Shown piece after piece: positions 58,778 to 64,000 of a stretch of DNA of 64,000 bases. The notes beneath the pieces are model-generated. The model saw only the letters and a list, made by a program, of their open reading frames with translations, ran no database searches and was not told the origin of the DNA. The position numbers were made by a program, and so were the translations under genes. The DNA lies in NCBI GenBank assembly GCA_965644315.1, contig CBFFRQ010000044.1:186001-250000 (forward strand), in the 5' to 3' direction. Position 1 is the stretch's first letter. Each line of letters begins with the position of its first letter. Source of the stretch: Caecitellus pseudoparvulus (Eukaryota > Protista > Bigyra: Bicosoecida).

Positions 58778-60907
58778 CTACACCGATTCTCCGTCCTCTG
58801 CAGCCAGCAGGCCAACGCTCTCCTCCTCTTGCAAAGTTGGGGTGCTGGGGACGCTCTGAAGCTTCGAGCTCTCCCGCTCTGCGCCGTCCGAGTGCTGTTG
58901 GGCTGATATCGGACTGGGAGCAGCGCTGGCCGTTGGGGTGTCTGCCCAAGTCTGGGGCGCTTGCTCTGCCAGCAAGCACCATCGACACAGCCCCAGCAGG
59001 GCAACAAGCACGCACAGCGCTACACTTCCAGCCCCCTGGGCCCAGAGATGCGCCCGTTGCACGGATGGATCTGCCTCCGCCATTGACGCCGGCAGCGAAG
59101 TGTGTTGGGCGGGGTGTGGTGGCACTGTCTGCATGACACCTGCTCCAGGGGAAGTGAAAGACGTGGGTGACGCGCCTGGCGTGAGTAGAGCGTTGTTGGT
59201 GACTTGGCTGGAGGGCGAAGGGGGCAGTGTCGCCAAGGCTGATGGCGACGGGGATGGTGTTGGTGTGCCAGCACGCGGAGGTGAGCAGAGATGGTACGGG
59301 AACGAATCGTTGAGGCAACGGCACCAATCTGCCCCTGGAAAGATGTCCATTGACGTGGCCTGCATGCTCCCCCCCATTTCGGCACAGTACGTTGCGTTCC
59401 ATAGAGGCAGATCTTTCATCCACACGGGTTTCAGAATCGCTACGTTATGTCCTGCAAGCAGCATGAGTGACTTCAGGCCCGGCAGCAGTGGCTGCGGCAT
59501 GCACGGGGCACAGATCCCCACCAGGCTGTCAACGATAGTGAGTGAGCCAGTGGTCGTATCCTGTTGGCCAAATGCAGCGATAATGCTGGGGAGGGGCAGG
59601 TGTGCTGAGCCAGAGAGGGAGACTGTCGCGAGTATGCCAGGGGAGCCAAGGTCCGCTCTGTGCAGCTGAAAGGAAGGCGGCAGATCAAGGAGGCCAGTAT
59701 TTTCTAACTTTAGGAAGCTAATCTCTTGCCCTTCAAAGATGTTCGGGCTCAGGTGCGCCAAGGAGGTGCAACCTGACAATTCCACCGAGTTGAGCGCGAG
59801 GCTGGATGCGAACAGGCTCGCCGGAATTGACTCAAGCACTGGGCTGCTGATCACAACCGAGTTCAAGTTAGGAAGGCCCATGAAGGTGTTGGCTGAGATA
59901 GATCGCAGCACTGGAGATTTGATGGAAACGTACGATATGTGGTATGCGCCTGCGAGGACTCCTCCGTGCAAGGATTCGAGGGGGTTGTTGTCAAAGTTAA
60001 ACATCGAAACGGCCGTGTTTCCTGAGAAAAGACCAATTGGGAGTGTGTGGATGCTGTTGTTGCTGAGGTGAACTTGTTGTAACCGATTCAGACACGAGAG
60101 CAGCTTGCGGGGGATGTGTGTGAGTTTGTTCCACGCAAGGTTCAAGTTGAGAAGGCCACACACTCGAGAGAAGAGACTGGGGTGCAGCTCTGATAGCCGA
60201 TTTTGACCGAGTGACAATGACGTGAGGGTCTGCCCGAGAGGGTGGAAAACAGTTGGAGGCAAGGACTGCAGTTCGTTCTGGTCAAGATACAGTGTGTTCA
60301 AGGCCGGCAGACCTGTGAACGCCAAGGGGTGGATCCCACGCACTCCGCATCGAGTAATCATGAGCGACGCCAGGTTGGACAGGGGTTTGGGCAATAAATC
60401 CTCAGGTAGTACGCCCCCTGGAAGGAACTTCTGCATGCTGCACTCCTTGATTTGCAGCGAAGACAGCTTGGGCGCGCCGAGGAGAAACGAGCCGTTCCAA
60501 TGCTTTACGCTGAACGCGGCAACCCCCAGCAACCGCAGATTAACAAAGCCATTAAGCAGGTCGTCAGGAAAGGTGTCAAGTCGATATTGACCCCAGATGC
60601 GGGCTACAATTGCGTGTGGTGCCAGAGGGGTAAGCGCCCCTGGCAAGATGCTGCAGAGCTGCACAGTTGGCGCACTGTAGATGAGCAAGGCATTCGCACG
60701 GGTTCGACAACACGCTGCCAAATGCAGGCAGTCGTTCTGTGGTTCTCGCACGGCGAAGCAGCCGTCCTGAAAGGGCATGAGGGAGGGAGGCAGGTTTGCC
60801 CCTGTCGCGTCCGCATGGCAAATGCCGCTCGCGTTCATGGAAAAGGCAGGGGTGTAGGACCGGGTGAAAGGCAGGAGCAGGAGCAGAGTCGCTGAGAGCC
60901 ACGCCAT
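58778..60907 (-). CDS. Leucine-rich-repeat receptor-like type I membrane protein
   Basis: Signal MAWLSATLLLLLPFTRS at 60907. About 24-aa extracellular-type LRRs (LNTLYLDQNELQSLPPTVF, LTSLSLGQNRLSELHPSLF, LQQVHLSNNSIHTLPIGLF). Cys caps, TPSPSPS stalk, a single TM (GSVALCVLVALLGLC) and a short tail. Confidence 0.88.
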   Translation of the reverse strand: MAWLSATLLLLLPFTRSYTPAFSMNASGICHADATGANLPPSLMPFQDGCFAVREPQNDCLHLAACCRTRANALLIYSAPTVQLCSILPGALTPLAPHAIVARIWGQYRLDTFPDDLLNGFVNLRLLGVAAFSVKHWNGSFLLGAPKLSSLQIKECSMQKFLPGGVLPEDLLPKPLSNLASLMITRCGVRGIHPLAFTGLPALNTLYLDQNELQSLPPTVFHPLGQTLTSLSLGQNRLSELHPSLFSRVCGLLNLNLAWNKLTHIPRKLLSCLNRLQQVHLSNNSIHTLPIGLFSGNTAVSMFNFDNNPLESLHGGVLAGAYHISYVSIKSPVLRSISANTFMGLPNLNSVVISSPVLESIPASLFASSLALNSVELSGCTSLAHLSPNIFEGQEISFLKLENTGLLDLPPSFQLHRADLGSPGILATVSLSGSAHLPLPSIIAAFGQQDTTTGSLTIVDSLVGICAPCMPQPLLPGLKSLMLLAGHNVAILKPVWMKDLPLWNATYCAEMGGSMQATSMDIFPGADWCRCLNDSFPYHLCSPPRAGTPTPSPSPSALATLPPSPSSQVTNNALLTPGASPTSFTSPGAGVMQTVPPHPAQHTSLPASMAEADPSVQRAHLWAQGAGSVALCVLVALLGLCRWCLLAEQAPQTWADTPTASAAPSPISAQQHSDGAERESSKLQSVPSTPTLQEEESVGLLAAEDGESV

Positions 60908-61955
60908 CGAGTGTTGAGGTCGCCTGCCCGCCGATAGGGTGCGTGGGTGAGGCGGCGTGTGGAGTGTGCGGTCGTCGGTGCGAAGTGGCTTCACACCACA
61001 GCAACGTGGCGAGAGCATTGTCAGCTGCTGTCTCGCTGGTTTACACCGACTTCGATGCACCTTAAGGCTAAGCCGAAACTAGTGGTGAACTGCCTGATCG
61101 TGCAAGTGCCTGGTGAAGGTGTGAGCCGCCCGCGACGAAGGCGGGTGTGCAGGTGCGGAAAATGACAAACATCCGCAGCAAACGAATGCCTCCCTGCTAC
61201 ACCACTGCGGATACAGTCCCTGGACAGGCCCTGCCCCACATGCAGTAAGGCAAGTTCATGGCGCAGGAGCGCCGGGCGAGAAATGCACAGCGTCTGTTTG
61301 TGCGGGTGGCATATGGCAGTGCTCAGGTGCCTGTCAGCCTGGCTCAACGGCAAGCCAGCAGCTGCTATGCGAGGCAGTACGCTTTCCTCAAGCTGCGCAG
61401 GGACGAAGTGCGTGCTGCGCAGGGAGGACCCCCCGATACACCAGCACCACCAAGCCGAGCCCCAGGCCTTACATTCGCGTGCCGTGTGCGTGGCTGTGCG
61501 AAGGCACCCGCTACTTCTCCCGTTGGCCCTCTCGTCTGGTGCGAGGCGGCAGGTGTGACGGTGCTCGAGCGCTTGGTGGTGAAACACTCTCTGCTCATGG
61601 CAAGGCGTTGCAAGGCAAGGCAGGTAAAAGGTGGACTGCCCACGGTGCAGGGTCTCTGACAGGGCCAACAGCAGTGTCCATGGCGGTGCTCGGTGCGTGT
61701 GCTGGGGTGCTTGGCTCCAAAGTGGTTCATTGCAAGCAGCGCAGACGGGACAGGCGAAGCTTGGCGAAACCGACACGAACTGCGTCCAGCACGAGCAGCG
61801 CACTCTCGGATGCGACTCAAAACAAAACTCACTTCCACACAGGAGAATTTACTGTAGCCTCTTTCTCACCCCTTCTCCCCCTCTTGGGTGGTGGTGGGCG
61901 GGAGCAGGAGCATGGGAGCGGTGGAGGTTTCCCTGCGGAATTTGGGCTCAAGCAC

Positions 61956-63965
61956 ATGATGGGCAGCATTGCGGCCTCGCAGACCAGCGTGGCGGGCAGC
62001 GGCATGCAACAACAGGAGACCAAGGGGATTCAAAGGCAGTGCAGTTCCAGTGCATGCAGTGCTACTGAGCTGCAACCCGTCCTGCGGGGCGTGGACGTCA
62101 GGGCGCTGTCCGGCTTGCGCGGCCTCATGGCTCTGCATGTGGCCGTTTTTCACTTCATGTACTACAGCACGCTGCGGTGGGACCTGCAGGGCTCGCCGCA
62201 GATGCCATGGTTTTTCATGTTGTCTGGCTTCACTCTCACTCTCGTGTACGGTCCTCAGCGGGTAGTGTCGGAATGCCCCTGCGGACCGTGGCGGTGTCAC
62301 ACCCCGACAAGCCGCTCCACTCCTGACCTCGCCAAAGGCGAGGGCGGCCGCCAGAGCCGTTCCTGCGGCTGCTCATCCGGGGCAGCGTACCGGGCAGACT
62401 CTGGTGACGTGGGGCTGGGCTTGGCTGCGTTCTGGCAGAACCGGTGTGCTCGAGTGGCGCCGTTGTACTACCTCATGACTGTGGCCGGCGCAGCAATGGC
62501 GGCAGTGGGGCACGGGCTCACTCCACCCACTACGGCAGCACTGGGCTGGGCGGGCGTGGCAAACACCACCTTCACAACCACACTGCTTGTGTTTGCGGCA
62601 GGGCTGAACCTGGACGTGCCTGCCTGGACCATTTGCACGTTGGCGGTCATGTGGCTGTTTTTCCCGCGCCTACTTGCACAGGCGCAACGCCAGACCAACG
62701 ACAGCTTGGTGAGGAGCATGCTGCGGCACTTCTGGCTGCAGCTAGTGCTGACTGCTGTGGTGTTCGCGGCGGTGTTCTGGCTCCTGCCTGCCCCCTCGGG
62801 GCCCTTGCTAGCCTTCCCTGCCGCAACCATGCACCCGTTGCTTCGCCTGCCACTTTTCTTCATGGGCATTGTCGCTGGCGTGCTGCGGCTGCGGTATGTG
62901 CATGGGGCATCTGCCTGGCTGCGGTGCTCGTGCTTTAGCTGTGTGCGGTGCAGGGACGGCGCCGCTTTTGCGCCGGGGTGTGTGTCCCCCGTCGTACAGC
63001 GGTGCAGCTCAGGCGACGCGGAAACTGATGGTCACGCCTGGGCATCTGTGGTGGACGGCCACAGCGCACTGATGGCGCTGGCCTTCCTCGTCCCCATCCT
63101 GGCCAACATAATTTCAGGCGAAGAAACTCACGCCAATGTGTGGCTGCAAGCCCTTGTCCCGCTCAGCCAGCTGTCAGTGCTGTTTGCGCTGACGCTGGAC
63201 GACGGCAGGTCGTGGCTTGGCTGGCTTCTGCGCAGCCCGCCCGCCCAAGCCCTGGGCAACATTTCCCTTGCTCTGTACCTGTGCCACTTCCCAGTCATGA
63301 ACGCCACCACCTTCATCCTGGCTGGGCCCGTCACGTGGCACAGGGGCGTGCTGAACTGCCAGGGCGAGTTCGCAGGGCAGCCGGCGCAGCTGGCTGACTG
63401 CGAGAAACGCACCGAGCAGTGGTTTCAAGCCAAGCTGCTGCCTGCGTGGGCCATCGCACCCTGTCTTGGCGCAGCACTGCTCCTGGCTTACTTCCTGCAC
63501 GTGGCAGTGGAGGCACCACTGCGGCACACGTGCAGGGCGCGGGGCAGCGTCCTGCCACCTTCCGATCCGACCCGGCCGCCGATTTTCGTCGCAGCTACCG
63601 GCGGCAGTGGTGACACGCCTGGCCCATCCACTTCGAAGCCAACGAAACCCAACACGCTCGGCAGCGAATCCCGCCCTTCAAAGGTCTCAGCACACCCCCA
63701 GCGCATACTCAGCGTCGATGACAGTGCCGTGCTGGGTGCCAAGGGTGGGCAGTTTGGGACAAAGTTTGAAGGGGCAGGGGAGGCAAAGCAGGGGGAGCAG
63801 CCCAGTGAGCGCATGTTGCCTGGAATGGTGTCCCCTTCTGCTATCATGTGTGCCGACGGCGACACACCGAAGCCAACGGTGTGCATGGGGCAGAGGGCGG
63901 AGCGCAGTGGCTCGGGCGGCCTGCACACGGTCTCGGGCAGGCCCGCCTCGTCCTCCCTTGTGTGA
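61956..63965 (+). CDS. Acyltransferase-3 (OafA/AT3 family) multi-pass membrane protein
   Basis: Lies within the 828-aa ORF, with a probable ATG at 61956. Motifs ALSGLRGLMALHVAVFH, WFFMLSGF, FWQNRCARVAPLYY, PAWTI, RLPLFFMGI, LGNISLALYLCHFP and VEAPLR, plus about 10 hydrophobic segments. Confidence 0.87.
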   Translation: MMGSIAASQTSVAGSGMQQQETKGIQRQCSSSACSATELQPVLRGVDVRALSGLRGLMALHVAVFHFMYYSTLRWDLQGSPQMPWFFMLSGFTLTLVYGPQRVVSECPCGPWRCHTPTSRSTPDLAKGEGGRQSRSCGCSSGAAYRADSGDVGLGLAAFWQNRCARVAPLYYLMTVAGAAMAAVGHGLTPPTTAALGWAGVANTTFTTTLLVFAAGLNLDVPAWTICTLAVMWLFFPRLLAQAQRQTNDSLVRSMLRHFWLQLVLTAVVFAAVFWLLPAPSGPLLAFPAATMHPLLRLPLFFMGIVAGVLRLRYVHGASAWLRCSCFSCVRCRDGAAFAPGCVSPVVQRCSSGDAETDGHAWASVVDGHSALMALAFLVPILANIISGEETHANVWLQALVPLSQLSVLFALTLDDGRSWLGWLLRSPPAQALGNISLALYLCHFPVMNATTFILAGPVTWHRGVLNCQGEFAGQPAQLADCEKRTEQWFQAKLLPAWAIAPCLGAALLLAYFLHVAVEAPLRHTCRARGSVLPPSDPTRPPIFVAATGGSGDTPGPSTSKPTKPNTLGSESRPSKVSAHPQRILSVDDSAVLGAKGGQFGTKFEGAGEAKQGEQPSERMLPGMVSPSAIMCADGDTPKPTVCMGQRAERSGSGGLHTVSGRPASSSLV

Positions 63966-64000
63966 CATGCTGTGAGATGGCATTCGCCCCATCGCAGCCA

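Noticed and set aside
1-64000. Bacterial, giant-virus or integrated virophage/transposon origin of the window
   Set aside because: There are spliceosomal introns and eukaryote-specific genes throughout. I saw no integrase, capsid, transposase, terminal repeats or AT-rich island.

Overview
GC-rich, gene-dense eukaryotic nuclear DNA with about 16 protein-coding genes, short (63-232 bp) GT-AG introns, several very long exons and very short intergenic gaps. The style fits a heterotrophic protist such as a Cafeteria-like stramenopile, but this is inference only. I saw no rRNA, tRNA, CRISPR array or transposon. Recognisable genes: a ubiquitin E2, BCKDH E1-beta, a UFD1-domain protein, a glutaredoxin-DUF547 protein, an SPF30/SMNDC1-like Tudor protein, an ELMO/CED-12-domain protein, a RAP-domain helical-repeat protein, a 2.7k-aa coiled-coil protein with nested repeats, a MOSC/mARC protein, an LRR receptor-like protein and an acyltransferase-3. 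The main discovery is a cluster of three paralogous membrane proteins. They share one C-terminal module (Ser/Pro stalk, Cys-rich domain, about 9 TM helices with GYR and QPYTLxELNxLD motifs, and a cytoplasmic tail) but carry very different ectodomains. One has at least 5 tandem FG-GAP propellers, one has about 14 C-type-lectin-like domains plus 4 FG-GAP blocks (about 5270 aa), and one has essentially no ectodomain. The last two share a divergent promoter, and an ELMO-domain gene abuts the largest. This is a candidate modular surface-sensing or prey-recognition receptor system. A recurrent AATGCA motif just after stop codons and a strong phase-0 intron bias are also visible.
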